From: Prevotella sp.
GTDB lineage: Bacteria; Bacteroidota; Bacteroidia; Bacteroidales; Bacteroidaceae
Direction of reading: 5' to 3'
Assembly (NCBI GenBank): GCA_017509155.1
Contig: JAFWQE010000024.1
Location: 55,250-119,249 of the forward strand
DNA: 64,000 bases
Shown here: positions 1 through 9,624 of the stretch, one piece after another
Position numbering within the stretch: the stretch's first letter is position 1
How the letters are laid out: each line of letters starts with the position of its first letter
The notes under the pieces: model-generated
Told to the model about the DNA's origin: nothing
What the model saw: only the letters and a program-made list of their open reading frames with translations
Databases searched by the model: none
Translations under genes and position numbers: made by a program

Positions 1-410
1 TAGCCTCGTCCACGGCCCAGACGGTTGTTGCGGCTGTCGAAGGCCATACCTGGAACAACGGCGACGTCGATTTGTTCGTAGTCGGTGAACACGTCGCCCA
101 CAGGCTCCATGATGTCGAAGAAACCGCCTTGCAGGTCCTGCGGGCCGCGGTAGGTGCGCAGTTCCATACGGGTGTCGTCGATGACAGCAGGCAAGAGCAC
201 CGTCTTACCGTCGGCAACGAGCTGGTCGATGACGTCGTGAGTGTACACTTCGTCGGCCAGCGAATAGTACATGAGGATGACGCTGGCGTTTTTCACACGC
301 GGGTGAACCATCAGGCGTCTGATAACAGGAAGAGACAATTCCCTGAGCTGTTCGCCAGAGAATTGTCTCTTCTGCATTCTGATGTAGTTGCGTAGTTCTT
401 TCTTGTCCAT
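1..410 (-). CDS. 5-formyltetrahydrofolate cyclo-ligase (3' end truncated by window edge)
   Basis: Not in the ORF track. Manual translation from ATG at 410 gives MDKKELRNYIRMQKRQF...DVAVVPGMAFDSRNNRLGRGRG(Y), the family's conserved PGxAFD..xRLGxGxGY motif. Confidence 0.9.
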   Translation of the reverse strand, partial: MDKKELRNYIRMQKRQFSGEQLRELSLPVIRRLMVHPRVKNASVILMYYSLADEVYTHDVIDQLVADGKTVLLPAVIDDTRMELRTYRGPQDLQGGFFDIMEPVGDVFTDYEQIDVAVVPGMAFDSRNNRLGRGRG

Positions 411-427
411 GTTGTTCGAGGGCGGTC

Positions 428-2143
428 TTATGCGCGCAACCTGTATTTGCGGTTGATGTCGTGGTTGATGTAAGCCTTGTTGATTCCCCAGGCGGTCTTC
501 AGCTTCTTGCTGATGGACTCTTCGGGTTTTGCGGGGAAGGCCTCATGGCGGCGGAACACGTTGAGCGTTTCCTTGATGACGGGGTCGTCGAGGTTGAGAT
601 ATTGTATCCATGCGTCCTCGTCCATGATGTTGTAGATGACGCGACTATGGAGATAGCGCTCCAGTAGTGCGTGACTCTTCATAATCATGAGGTTGCGGCG
701 TTGCAGGCCGTGCTTGTCGGCGTAGGCGGCAAATTTCTCCACAAGGTTCTGGCTCTTCAGGTATTTGTCGAGCATGTGCATGTCGGCAGCCTCTGCGTTG
801 AGCTTGGTGCGGTTTTCGTCGGTGTACTGGAAGGCGAACTGCAATATGAGTCCGCTCATGCTGGCCTTGCGGTAGTAGCTCGTCATGCCGAGCGTGTCCT
901 CAGGCACGAAGATGTCGGGCGTGATGCCGCCGCCGCCATACACTTCCCTTCCGATGCCGGTGTGATAGGCTGGTCCGGTGTGCTTGATGCTGTCTTGTGA
1001 GAAGAACTCTCCGCTCTCGTATCGCGACAGCAGGTCTTCTTCATATCCCTTGTCGCCTGCCACGTATGGCTTCTGAATGCAACGTCCGGAAGGCGTATAG
1101 TAGCGGGCGATGGTGAGGCGGATGAGCGAGCCGTCGGTGAATTCCATCTGCTGCTGAACGAGTCCCTTGCCAAATGACCGTCGGCCGATGACCGTGGCAC
1201 GGTCGTTGTCCTGCATGGCACCTGCGAAAATCTCTGATGCCGAGGCCGACACTTCGTTGATGAGCACCACCAGCGGAATGTTCTGGTAGGAGCCACGTCC
1301 GTCGCTCTTGTAGTCCTGTCGTGGCGACTTTCTGCCCTCGGTGTAGACGATGAGTTTGTTGCGCGGCAGAAACTCGTTGGCCATCTGAACAGCTGCCTGC
1401 AGGTAGCCACCGGTGTTGTCTCGGAGGTCGATGACGAGGTTCTTGAATCCTTCCTGCTCCAGCTTTGCCAGCGCGATGAGCAATTCAGAATAGGTGTTGT
1501 TGCCGAAACTCTTGATGTGTATGTAGCCCGTGTCCTCGTCGAGCATGTAGGTAGCGGTGACGCTGTAGGTCGGAATTTCACCGCGGGTGACGGTAAACTG
1601 CTTCACCCCCTTTTCCCCGTAGCGTATGACGCCTATTTTCACTTTCGTGTCCTTGGGACCTTTCAGCCTGTGCATGGCTTCCTCGTTGGTCACTTTCTTT
1701 CCCACGAAGAGGCTGTCGTCCACGGTCACGATCTTGTCACCCGCCAGCAGTCCGGCTCTTTCGGCAGGGCCGTTCTTGATGACACCCTGAATGTGGATGG
1801 TGTCTTCGCGAATGACAAACTCAATGCCGACGCCCGAGAATGAGCCCTTCAGGTCGTCGGTGGCCGTCTGCACGTCCTTGGCGGAGATGTAAACAGAGTG
1901 CGGGTCAAGGTCGGCCAGTATCTGAGGGATGGCCTTCTCCACGAGTGAGTCGAGGTTCACCTTGTCAACGTATTGGTCGTCGATGATCTGCAACAGGTTG
2001 TTGAGCCGGTTGCTGCCACTGTTGATGATGTTCAGCCGGTTGTTAGAAAAGTGGCGCGCAAAGAACGTCCCGATGAAGATGCCGACCACTACGCATAGTG
2101 CCAGCATCAGGGGCATATATCGGTTTGTCTTGTTCTGATTCAT
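428..2143 (-). CDS. S41 family C-terminal processing protease with PDZ domain
   Basis: N-terminal TM segment, LDPHS, GVGI PDZ motif, IDLRDNTGG, catalytic SASASEI and SFGKG motifs. Confidence 0.95.
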   Translation of the reverse strand: MNQNKTNRYMPLMLALCVVVGIFIGTFFARHFSNNRLNIINSGSNRLNNLLQIIDDQYVDKVNLDSLVEKAIPQILADLDPHSVYISAKDVQTATDDLKGSFSGVGIEFVIREDTIHIQGVIKNGPAERAGLLAGDKIVTVDDSLFVGKKVTNEEAMHRLKGPKDTKVKIGVIRYGEKGVKQFTVTRGEIPTYSVTATYMLDEDTGYIHIKSFGNNTYSELLIALAKLEQEGFKNLVIDLRDNTGGYLQAAVQMANEFLPRNKLIVYTEGRKSPRQDYKSDGRGSYQNIPLVVLINEVSASASEIFAGAMQDNDRATVIGRRSFGKGLVQQQMEFTDGSLIRLTIARYYTPSGRCIQKPYVAGDKGYEEDLLSRYESGEFFSQDSIKHTGPAYHTGIGREVYGGGGITPDIFVPEDTLGMTSYYRKASMSGLILQFAFQYTDENRTKLNAEAADMHMLDKYLKSQNLVEKFAAYADKHGLQRRNLMIMKSHALLERYLHSRVIYNIMDEDAWIQYLNLDDPVIKETLNVFRRHEAFPAKPEESISKKLKTAWGINKAYINHDINRKYRLRA

Positions 2144-2204
2144 TTATTAATAATGAGTTATATGTACTGAACACAAGGAATAGAGAATAAGGAATAAGAA
2201 AACC

Positions 2205-2308
2205 CTTTCAATCCTTCATCTCTCATCTTTCAATCCTTCATCCTTCATCTTTCAATCCTTCATCCTTCATCCTTCATCCTTCATCTTTCATCTTTCAATC
2301 CTTCATCT
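2205..2308. repeat. Heptamer tandem repeat (CCTTCAT/CTTTCAT/CTTTCAAT), about 14 units
   Basis: Read directly in the gap between the dCMP deaminase stop and the S41 protease gene. Confidence 0.9.
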
Positions 2309-2746
2309 TCACATCTCTTTCCCAACTTCAATGAGTTCCACTTCGATGCCCGCTCTTTTGAGCAGGTCGATGCCGTCGGTGAGGCGGTATTTCTCTCCAT
2401 ACACCACTCTCTTGATGCCTGCCTGAATGATGAGCTTGGCACATTCGATGCAGGGCGAGGCCGTCACGTAGAGCGTTGAGCCGTCGCTGTTGTTCGACGA
2501 CCGTGCCAGCTTTGTAATGGCGTTGGCTTCAGCATGCAGCACATAAGGCTTGGTCACGTTGTTGTCGTCTTCGCAAATGTTCTCAAATCCGCTGGGCGTA
2601 CCATTGTAGCCGTCGCTGATGATCATCTTGTCCTTGACCACCAGTGCTCCCACCTGCCTACGCTGGCAGTAGGAGTTCTCGGCCCATATCAGCGCCATGC
2701 GCAGGTATCGCCTGTCAAGCTTGCTTTGTTTCTCGTTTGATTCCAT
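2309..2746 (-). CDS. dCMP deaminase (ComEB family)
   Basis: GYNG, HAEANAI and PCxEC zinc-binding motifs. Confidence 0.95.
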   Translation of the reverse strand: MESNEKQSKLDRRYLRMALIWAENSYCQRRQVGALVVKDKMIISDGYNGTPSGFENICEDDNNVTKPYVLHAEANAITKLARSSNNSDGSTLYVTASPCIECAKLIIQAGIKRVVYGEKYRLTDGIDLLKRAGIEVELIEVGKEM

Positions 2747-4805
2747 TTCTTTTCAAAAGGGCGTTGATGTTGGGTTCACTTCCGCGGAAGCGTTTATAGA
2801 GTTGCATGGGGTGCTCGGTGCCTCCCTTCGACAGGATGTTGTCGCGGAAGCTCTGGGCTGTCTTCTGGTTGAAGATTCCCTTGCGCTTGAACACGCTGAA
2901 GGCATCGGCATCGAGCACTTCTGCCCATTTGTAGCTATAGTATCCGGCGGCGTAACCTCCGGCCATGATGTGGCTGAACTGCACGGTCATGCACGTATCG
3001 CTTTTCTGCTTCCGAGGGTTGATGAGCGCTTTGGCCCATGCCTTTTTCTCGAAGCTGATGATGTCCTGAGTGAATGGCTTTCGCTGGGTGTAGTAGGCCA
3101 TGTCGAGCAATCCGAAGCTCACCTGTCGCAGACATGCCGTGGCCACCATGAAGTTTCGGCTTCGGCGTATGCGGCGAATGAGTGCGTCGGGCAAGGGCTC
3201 GCCCGTCTGGTAGTGGAAGGCAAAGGTGCTCAGGAAGTCCTTTTCCACGGCATAGTTCTCCATGAATTGTGAGGGCAGCTCCACGAAGTCCCACCACACG
3301 TTGGTTCCCGAGAGACTTTCGAAACGAGTGTTGGCGAACATTCCGTGCAACGAGTGGCCGAATTCATGGAGGAATGTCTCCACCTCGCCGAGCGTCAGCA
3401 GTGCCGGCTTCTCCTCGGTGGGCTTGGTGAGGTTCATCACCACGCTCACATGAGGCCTCACGTTGCGTCCCTTTTTGTCGATGTGCTGACCCTGATACTC
3501 CGTCATCCATGCACCGCCCTGCTTGCCTTGTCTTGGATGGAAGTCGGCGTAGAAGACAGCCAGGAACGACCCGTCACGGTCGAACACCTCATAGGCTTTC
3601 ACGTCGGGATGGTAGACGGGAATGTCCTTGTTCTCCTTGAAGGTGATGCCGTAGAGCCGGTTGGCGAGGCCGAACACGCCATCGATGACGCGCGACAGCT
3701 CGAAATAAGGTCTCAGCATCTCCTGGTCGAGGTCGTATTTCTTCATCTGCAGGCGGTGAGCATAGAATCCCTGGTCCCACGGCTCCATGGTCTTGGCTCC
3801 GTCGTGCTCGGCCATTTTCTTCAGTTCCTCGCGCTCTTTTACCGCCACGGGTTTGTAGGCATCAATCAGATCGTCGAGCAAGCGGTACACGTTCTTCACG
3901 TTACTGGCCATGCGGTGCTTCAGCACATAGTCGGCGTAGGTCTTGTAGCCCAGCATGTTGGCTATCTCGCGCCTTAGGTTCACGATTCGCTTGCATATCT
4001 CGATGTTGTTCTGGTCGTTGTCGTGCGTACACACGGTGTTGCGTGCCATGTACATCTTCTGCCTGAGCTCTCTGTTTGTGGAATAGGTCATGAAGGGGCT
4101 GTAGCTCGGCATGTCGAGCGTGAAGAGCCATCCGTCCAGGTCCTTTTCCTTGGCAGCCAGACGTGCGGCCTCCCTTGCGGTGTCGGGCAGTCCGTCGAGG
4201 TCCTTCTCGTCTTCAATGTGGAGGGTAAACGCCTTGTTCTCCTTCAGAAGGTTTTGCGAGAACTGCAACGAGAGCATGGAAGCCTCTTCGGTAAGCGCTC
4301 TGAGTCGTTCCTTTTCTTCGTCGCTGAGTAAGGCACCGCTTCTTACGAATCCGTCGTAGCAGTTGTCGAGCAGCATCTTCTCTTCAGGCGTCAGCTTGCG
4401 GTGGTGGCGGTGAACATAGCGTATGCGCTCAAAGAGCCGCTTGTTCAGCCTCACGTCGTTGGCGTGTTGCGTCAGTATGGGTTGCATCTTCTGTGCCAGG
4501 GCGTCAATCTCGTCGTTTGTCTCGGCGCTCATCAGGTTGAAGAACACCGTCGACACCCTTTCCAGCAGGTCGTAATAGCCCTCACGGTCGTCGTCCTCGT
4601 CGATGATGGTGTTGTCGAATGTGGGCTTTGCCGGATTGTTGATGGTTCGCTCTATCTGCTCATTGTCGCGACGGATTCCCTCCATGAAAGCCTCCTCAAA
4701 GTCGGCCGTGGTGATACGGTCAAAGGGCACCGTGTCGTGCGGTGTCCCATAGGGTTCGAAAAAGGGATTGGTTCTTTCCTCTGTCGCTTTCTTCTGTTCG
4801 TCCAT
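2715..4805 (-). CDS. dcp: M3 family metallopeptidase, peptidyl-dipeptidase Dcp
   Basis: HEFGH zinc motif, DFVELPSQFMEN, FSHIMAGGYAAGYYSYKWAE. Start set at 4805 (MDEQKK) because a -7 box overlaps the longer start. Confidence 0.93.
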   Translation of the reverse strand: MDEQKKATEERTNPFFEPYGTPHDTVPFDRITTADFEEAFMEGIRRDNEQIERTINNPAKPTFDNTIIDEDDDREGYYDLLERVSTVFFNLMSAETNDEIDALAQKMQPILTQHANDVRLNKRLFERIRYVHRHHRKLTPEEKMLLDNCYDGFVRSGALLSDEEKERLRALTEEASMLSLQFSQNLLKENKAFTLHIEDEKDLDGLPDTAREAARLAAKEKDLDGWLFTLDMPSYSPFMTYSTNRELRQKMYMARNTVCTHDNDQNNIEICKRIVNLRREIANMLGYKTYADYVLKHRMASNVKNVYRLLDDLIDAYKPVAVKEREELKKMAEHDGAKTMEPWDQGFYAHRLQMKKYDLDQEMLRPYFELSRVIDGVFGLANRLYGITFKENKDIPVYHPDVKAYEVFDRDGSFLAVFYADFHPRQGKQGGAWMTEYQGQHIDKKGRNVRPHVSVVMNLTKPTEEKPALLTLGEVETFLHEFGHSLHGMFANTRFESLSGTNVWWDFVELPSQFMENYAVEKDFLSTFAFHYQTGEPLPDALIRRIRRSRNFMVATACLRQVSFGLLDMAYYTQRKPFTQDIISFEKKAWAKALINPRKQKSDTCMTVQFSHIMAGGYAAGYYSYKWAEVLDADAFSVFKRKGIFNQKTAQSFRDNILSKGGTEHPMQLYKRFRGSEPNINALLKRNGIKRETKQA

Positions 4806-4829
4806 GCTTTCTCTGCCAATTTTTCCATG

Positions 4830-4837
4830 CAAAGATA
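4830..4837 (-). promoter_or_regulatory. Bacteroidota sigma-A -7 box for dcp operon
   Basis: TATCTTTG on the minus strand, 25 nt upstream of the start. Confidence 0.6.
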
Positions 4838-4890
4838 CGCTAAATAGTTCAAACCATGATGGTTGCTCCTCTTTTTTTAACGTATTTAAC

Positions 4891-5037
4891 GTTCAGGAGT
4901 TCAAGGCAGGAGATTTTCTTGAAGGAGTTGCAGGAGTTCTGGAGTTGCAGGAGTTACAGACATCAGTTTTATTCGCTCCATTCATACAACCCGACGCCAA
5001 AGAGTGTCGTCTGAAACTTCTGTAACTCCTGAACTCC
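4891..5037. repeat. GGAGTT(G)CA-based inverted-repeat element
   Basis: GGAGTTGCAGGAGTTACAGA (4941-4960) pairs with TCTGTAACTCCTGAACTCC (5019-5037); extra GGAGTT units lie upstream. Confidence 0.8.
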
Positions 5038-5038
5038 T

Positions 5039-5082
5039 AAAAAAAAGCCGGGCAGGTCTGCATGTTATGGCCTGTCCGACTT
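5039..5082 (-). terminator. Putative intrinsic terminator of PL11 gene
   Basis: Imperfect GC stem (5045-5082) followed by a T-run on the minus strand. Confidence 0.5.
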
Positions 5083-5108
5083 GTGCTTGTCGTTCAAAGA
5101 AGCTATTT

Positions 5109-8100
5109 CTATCTCACCATCAGCTTGTGGCTCTTTCCGGCCGAGCGCACGATGTATGTGCCTGCCGGCAGAAGGGCCGCACTGGTGCCACGATAGCGGC
5201 CTGTGAGGTCGTAGATGCTGAACGTTGGGTGTTGGGTGTTGGGTGATGTGTGATGGCTGATGGCGGTGGCGATGTCGTCTATGGGCGTATTGTTGCCCGG
5301 CGTGTAGACGGTAATCTGCTGAAGCGTGCCGTTCATGGGCATCTCGTATGTGAAGTTGCCCTCAGCGTCTGCCCTGACAAAGCCTGTGGTGCTGATGTTG
5401 TTTCCATAGCTCACGTCGGTGCGCACCATGATCCATGTATCCTTTGTTCCTATCTGGTCGGCGTGGAAGGTGGCTGGCTTGTTCTGGCCGATGCCGAAGT
5501 CCTGCACGAGTGTCAGTGGATAGGCAGAACCGATGTACGACGCATAGAGCTTGCCGTCGTTGTCGAGATAGATGTCCTGTCCATAGGCGTTGTTGGCGTT
5601 CTTCACCATCACATAGCTGCTTCCGTATGTGGCGTTGTTGCGGTTCCAGTTGGCCCATCGCGAGGTGAACGTCTCTGTCTCCCAGTCGTTGCCGAGAATG
5701 CCGTGGGCCTGACTGGCGGCAATGGTACTGTAGTCGAGGCTCTGGTAGGTCACGTCGTAGGGAGTTGTCACGTCGAAGGTTGCCGTGGCGGAAGCGTAGC
5801 CGATGGAAGCCAGTGTGACGGTGAGCGTTCCGGGCTCGGTGAAGGTGTATTCGTCGTGGTTGGCGCCACTGGCGGTCGGTGTCGAGATGGTGCCGTCGGT
5901 TGCGGTGAAGGTCAGCTGCATGGAGACGTTGACGCCCTGAGGCTCGTCGGTCACGATGCGCACCACGGGGAGGAAGTGTTCGCCGTAGGGCTTCATCTCG
6001 GTGACGGCGAATTGCGGCTCGTCGAGCTCTGCCATGCCCGACACCTTCAGTGCCAGCAGGCCGTCTTCATGGACCAGCTCCACAAATTCGAGCGACGCCG
6101 TTGCGCCTGTGGGTGTTGTCAGCTCCACCTTTGTGAGGTCGCCGCTCAGGTTGTCCACGTGGCCGATGGGGTAGAGGCCCGGCTCAAGGGCTGCCGTGAT
6201 GTTGAGCACCAGTACCGGAGCGAGGTGTTCGGGCCCGAAAGCCGTCCAGGTGTCGTCGGAAGCCTTGTCGGTGTCGAGGCTGATGGTTGTGGCGTCGAGC
6301 CAGTCGTGCTGGTCGTCGCCTTTGCCGTTGATGTCGAGAGCGATGCGTGCGCCGTAGCCCAGCTGGAGTGCCGATGTGCTGACGGTTCCGATGGTTCCCT
6401 GTTCAGCGCCGCCGACATTGAGCGTGGCGCCGTATTCCATGCTGATGCCCTTGGGGAAGCTGCCGCCCGTGGTGTTGAGCGTGGTGAAGCGTTTCAGCGC
6501 GAGCGGGCTGTTGGTCAGCTGGCTGTTGAACTGGAGCGTGCCGGCCCATACCGTGGTCTCGCCAGTATAGGTCTGCTCCACGTCGGGCAGAATGAGTGTG
6601 CCGCCGCCCTGCTTGCAGAGGGCCATGTTGCCGCTGAAGCCGCCGCCGGTCAGCGTGTGGGTATAGTAGGTGCGGTTGATGGCAGGCAGGTTGGTGGCGC
6701 CCTGGCTGGCGTTCTTCACCTTGGTGCCGCTGGTGCCGTTTACGTCGGTGCCCTGCACCCACGACGGCGCGTTGTCGGTGAATACGCTGGGCGATGCTCC
6801 CTGCTCAACGCTGATGGTCATGTCGGAAGCCTTGCAGGCCATGATGTGCTGGCCGTTGGCCGATGCTCCGATGGTGGCACCACCCTCTACGATGGTGCGC
6901 CCGGTGAGCGTGAGTGGCGGAGGAGCCACCGTGTAGCCTTCCAGCTCGCCGAGGAAGTAGCTCAGGTGGGGAGGCTGGTTATAGGCCATCATCTGCCAGA
7001 CCATGGCCTGACGATACTGGTGGTCGAACCACAATGTGGGCAGCGTGTAGTCGGTTTCTTCTCCCGAGGTGTACACGCGCAGGTTGGTTCCGCACCTGAC
7101 CACGATCTCTTCGCGCCAGTCGCCCAGTATGTCGCCCTGGAAGCAGGGATTGTTTTTCGAGTCGTTGTTCATGCTGCAGTCCACCGTTGTGAACAGTCTT
7201 CCTTTGCCGGGTTTTTCCACCTTGGCGTCGCGGGCGGTGCCAGGACTGTTCAGTATTTCGCTACAGAGGTCGCCGTCCCAGTAGATGCGGTTGTTCAGGT
7301 CGCTCCACACGATGTAGGTGTCGCCGCTGAGGGCATCTACCAGCTGGTTGGTGACGGAACTCATGATTGACGATGACGCCGAGCGTCCCAGACTTCCGGG
7401 GTAGACATTGCTGAAGTTGGCCATGAGTGCCCGGCCGTCGTCTTTGCTGGCGTTGAACTTATAGAGCACCTCGCTGGTGGTGGCGTCGCGATAGTCGCAG
7501 CCGTAGTAGGGACCGTCTTCCAGACATCCGAAGAACTCCAGGCCTTTGCGCCATGGGTTGAAGTCGGTAACGTGTTGTGCGTCGCCGTGTTCGAAGCCCG
7601 TGGTTGACAGGCCGTGGCCGTCGTCGTCGATGACCATCGAGCCGTACACAATCTCGTCGCGTCCGTCCTCGTCAACGTCGGCAATGATGAAGTTGTGGTA
7701 GCCGTTGCCATACCATGGACTGCTGCTGTTGTTGCACTTCCACGTCCATAGCTCGCTCCATTCGTGGTTCTTTTTGTCGAGGTTCATGGCTATCATCTTG
7801 TGGCGGGTGTAGATGCCTCGGGCCATGAAAAGCGAGGCCGAGCGGCCGTCGAGCACAGGCGCGCCGAAGAAATACTTCGACGAGCGGTGGCCGTAGTCGT
7901 CGCCCCAGGCTTTATGGTGTGTGCCCGACGTCTTGGTGAAGTAGTTGCCGTAGCCGGCGTTGGCCAGCGCCACGTAGTCGTTATAGGGCACCGATACGCC
8001 GAGCCCGTTCCATTCCGACTGCTCGATGCGTGGCAGAGGGAAGTCCATCACCTGATAGGTGGTGCCCGTCTTTCCGTCCATGTAGATGAGGTATTCGCGT

Positions 8101-8981
8101 CCGAAGAACGTCCAGGCATACTGGCCTCCGCTCAGGTGGTTGAAGTGTGAGCTCTGGCGGAAGTTGTAGCCGGCAATGCCGATGGTCTGACTAGTGCCGT
8201 CGCTCTTGTGGATAATCATGTCGTCGGCACCTCTGAGCACCACCTCGGCGCAGCCGTCCTCGTCCCAGTCGTAGGCGATGATGTCAATCTCGGTGGAGTT
8301 GAGCGACACCATGTTGGGACCACAGTCGATGCGCCACATCAGCGTAGCAGCACCCGTCTGCCAGTTCACGTCGTAGGCGTCAATCACCACGAAGGCGCGC
8401 GATGAGGCGGGATAGATGTTGTAGATGTCGTGGCCTTCGCTGTCTTTGTTGCCCGTGTTGAAGCCAGTAGCATCGGCGGTGTTCAGTCGCTTGATGATGA
8501 TTTCCAGGTCGCCGTCGCCGTTCAGGTCGGCCATCTCGGCATCGTTGGGCGAATAGTCGGTCGTCACCTTCACGCCGTCGCGGTCGTAGACATCAGCCAG
8601 CGGAATATCCAGATAGCCCGAGTGGCAGCTGTTTTCGTTGAGGGTATAGACGTATGATGGCCAGGGCTTCATCCTGTCCGACTTGTTTCCGGCCGTTCCG
8701 TTCACCACCGCTTGCACCTGATAGCGGCTCCCGGAGGCTCCTTGCTTGTCAACATACGAGTTCTTTGTCAGGCCCGTGGCCACGGTTCGTCCGTCGCGTA
8801 TGAGGGTATAGGTGGTGCCGTAGTATTCCTCAGGCAGCTGACGCCAGCTGACGTGGTTGCCATTTTGGTTCAGGGGAACGGCGACAAGACCGCGGTTCAG
8901 CGCATCGGTGTGGCGCTGAGCACTGACGGCGGTGAACACGAAAAGGGCGGCTAAGAAGAGCCATAGACGATTTGTCTTCAT
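5109..8981 (-). CDS. Rhamnogalacturonan lyase, PL11 (YesW-like), with autotransporter-associated beta-strand repeat and T9SS-like C-terminal domain
   Basis: Signal peptide MKTNRLW, LNRGLVAV, ADLNGDGDLE, ARGIYTR, DVDEDGRDEIVYG, HGDAQH, DILGDWREE, YNQPPHLSYFLG; then KQGGGTLIL..YTGETTVWAGTL; ends IYDLTGR..LPAGTYIV..KLMVR. Confidence 0.88.
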   Translation of the reverse strand: MKTNRLWLFLAALFVFTAVSAQRHTDALNRGLVAVPLNQNGNHVSWRQLPEEYYGTTYTLIRDGRTVATGLTKNSYVDKQGASGSRYQVQAVVNGTAGNKSDRMKPWPSYVYTLNENSCHSGYLDIPLADVYDRDGVKVTTDYSPNDAEMADLNGDGDLEIIIKRLNTADATGFNTGNKDSEGHDIYNIYPASSRAFVVIDAYDVNWQTGAATLMWRIDCGPNMVSLNSTEIDIIAYDWDEDGCAEVVLRGADDMIIHKSDGTSQTIGIAGYNFRQSSHFNHLSGGQYAWTFFGREYLIYMDGKTGTTYQVMDFPLPRIEQSEWNGLGVSVPYNDYVALANAGYGNYFTKTSGTHHKAWGDDYGHRSSKYFFGAPVLDGRSASLFMARGIYTRHKMIAMNLDKKNHEWSELWTWKCNNSSSPWYGNGYHNFIIADVDEDGRDEIVYGSMVIDDDGHGLSTTGFEHGDAQHVTDFNPWRKGLEFFGCLEDGPYYGCDYRDATTSEVLYKFNASKDDGRALMANFSNVYPGSLGRSASSSIMSSVTNQLVDALSGDTYIVWSDLNNRIYWDGDLCSEILNSPGTARDAKVEKPGKGRLFTTVDCSMNNDSKNNPCFQGDILGDWREEIVVRCGTNLRVYTSGEETDYTLPTLWFDHQYRQAMVWQMMAYNQPPHLSYFLGELEGYTVAPPPLTLTGRTIVEGGATIGASANGQHIMACKASDMTISVEQGASPSVFTDNAPSWVQGTDVNGTSGTKVKNASQGATNLPAINRTYYTHTLTGGGFSGNMALCKQGGGTLILPDVEQTYTGETTVWAGTLQFNSQLTNSPLALKRFTTLNTTGGSFPKGISMEYGATLNVGGAEQGTIGTVSTSALQLGYGARIALDINGKGDDQHDWLDATTISLDTDKASDDTWTAFGPEHLAPVLVLNITAALEPGLYPIGHVDNLSGDLTKVELTTPTGATASLEFVELVHEDGLLALKVSGMAELDEPQFAVTEMKPYGEHFLPVVRIVTDEPQGVNVSMQLTFTATDGTISTPTASGANHDEYTFTEPGTLTVTLASIGYASATATFDVTTPYDVTYQSLDYSTIAASQAHGILGNDWETETFTSRWANWNRNNATYGSSYVMVKNANNAYGQDIYLDNDGKLYASYIGSAYPLTLVQDFGIGQNKPATFHADQIGTKDTWIMVRTDVSYGNNISTTGFVRADAEGNFTYEMPMNGTLQQITVYTPGNNTPIDDIATAISHHTSPNTQHPTFSIYDLTGRYRGTSAALLPAGTYIVRSAGKSHKLMVR

Positions 8982-9037
8982 GGGTTGAAATGGGTTGTTG
9001 GGGTTGAAGATAGAGCCAAAGGCTCTTGAAAACGGTG

Positions 9038-9045
9038 CAAATTTA
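9038..9045 (-). promoter_or_regulatory. -7 box for PL11 gene
   Basis: TAAATTTG on the minus strand upstream of ATG 8981. Confidence 0.55.
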
Positions 9046-9624
9046 CTGAATAAAACCCACAAAAGGGCAATTCCGTCGGAAAACAGCGCGAAAAAGCACG
9101 TTAACGTTTTCGTGTAGGCGGTTTTGTCGGATGGCATCCGACTGGAAAGGGAAGAAAGGAGGGGGACTGCCGCGCTGCCCTTCGACTTCGCGGTCTTGCT
9201 CTTCGCCAGTTTGTGAAATTCATCCATCTCTCGTTTCTCCTTTCTTTTGGTTCAACATTTTCCCGTTGCCAAAACTTGGTTTTCCCACCGCCATATCTCC
9301 GTAATCATGCCGCCAGAATCCCCTCGTTTCATAATGCAAAGTTACCCGGAAATCCGCCAACGGCCAAAAACCGCCCCCTTATAACCTGTAAAAATCTGTT
9401 AATAACATCTGTCTTTCCATTAAAAATGTTTAACCACGGACTGACACGGACTGCACGCTTAGAACGTAAATCTACATAAATATCACATAAATGCTGTGCG
9501 CAAAGAATAATGATAGATTTACGACGATTTATGTTAGAAACACAGTCAACCAAATTAGTGAAGTAGTCAACTGTGCTCAGGCGAGGCAGCCAACCAAATC
9601 AGTACGGGTAGAAGAAATCTGTGC

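Noticed and set aside
2715-2746. 32-nt overlap between dcp and dCMP deaminase as a recoding signal
   Set aside because: Both genes are complete; an ordinary operon overlap explains it.
5250-7370. Long antisense ORFs (also 10040..11707, 17833..19452, 47071..49110, 52088..53824, 60423..62288)
   Set aside because: Shadow frames of GC3-biased genes on the opposite strand; no recognisable motifs.
8982-9227. 82-codon N-terminal extension of PL11
   Set aside because: The signal peptide starts at 8981 and a -7 box lies inside the extension; probably a chance open frame.
9432-9523. CACGGACTG duplication and 10-bp IR CGTAAATCTA/TAGATTTACG
   Set aside because: Possibly a decayed repeat, but too short and without a second copy in the window.
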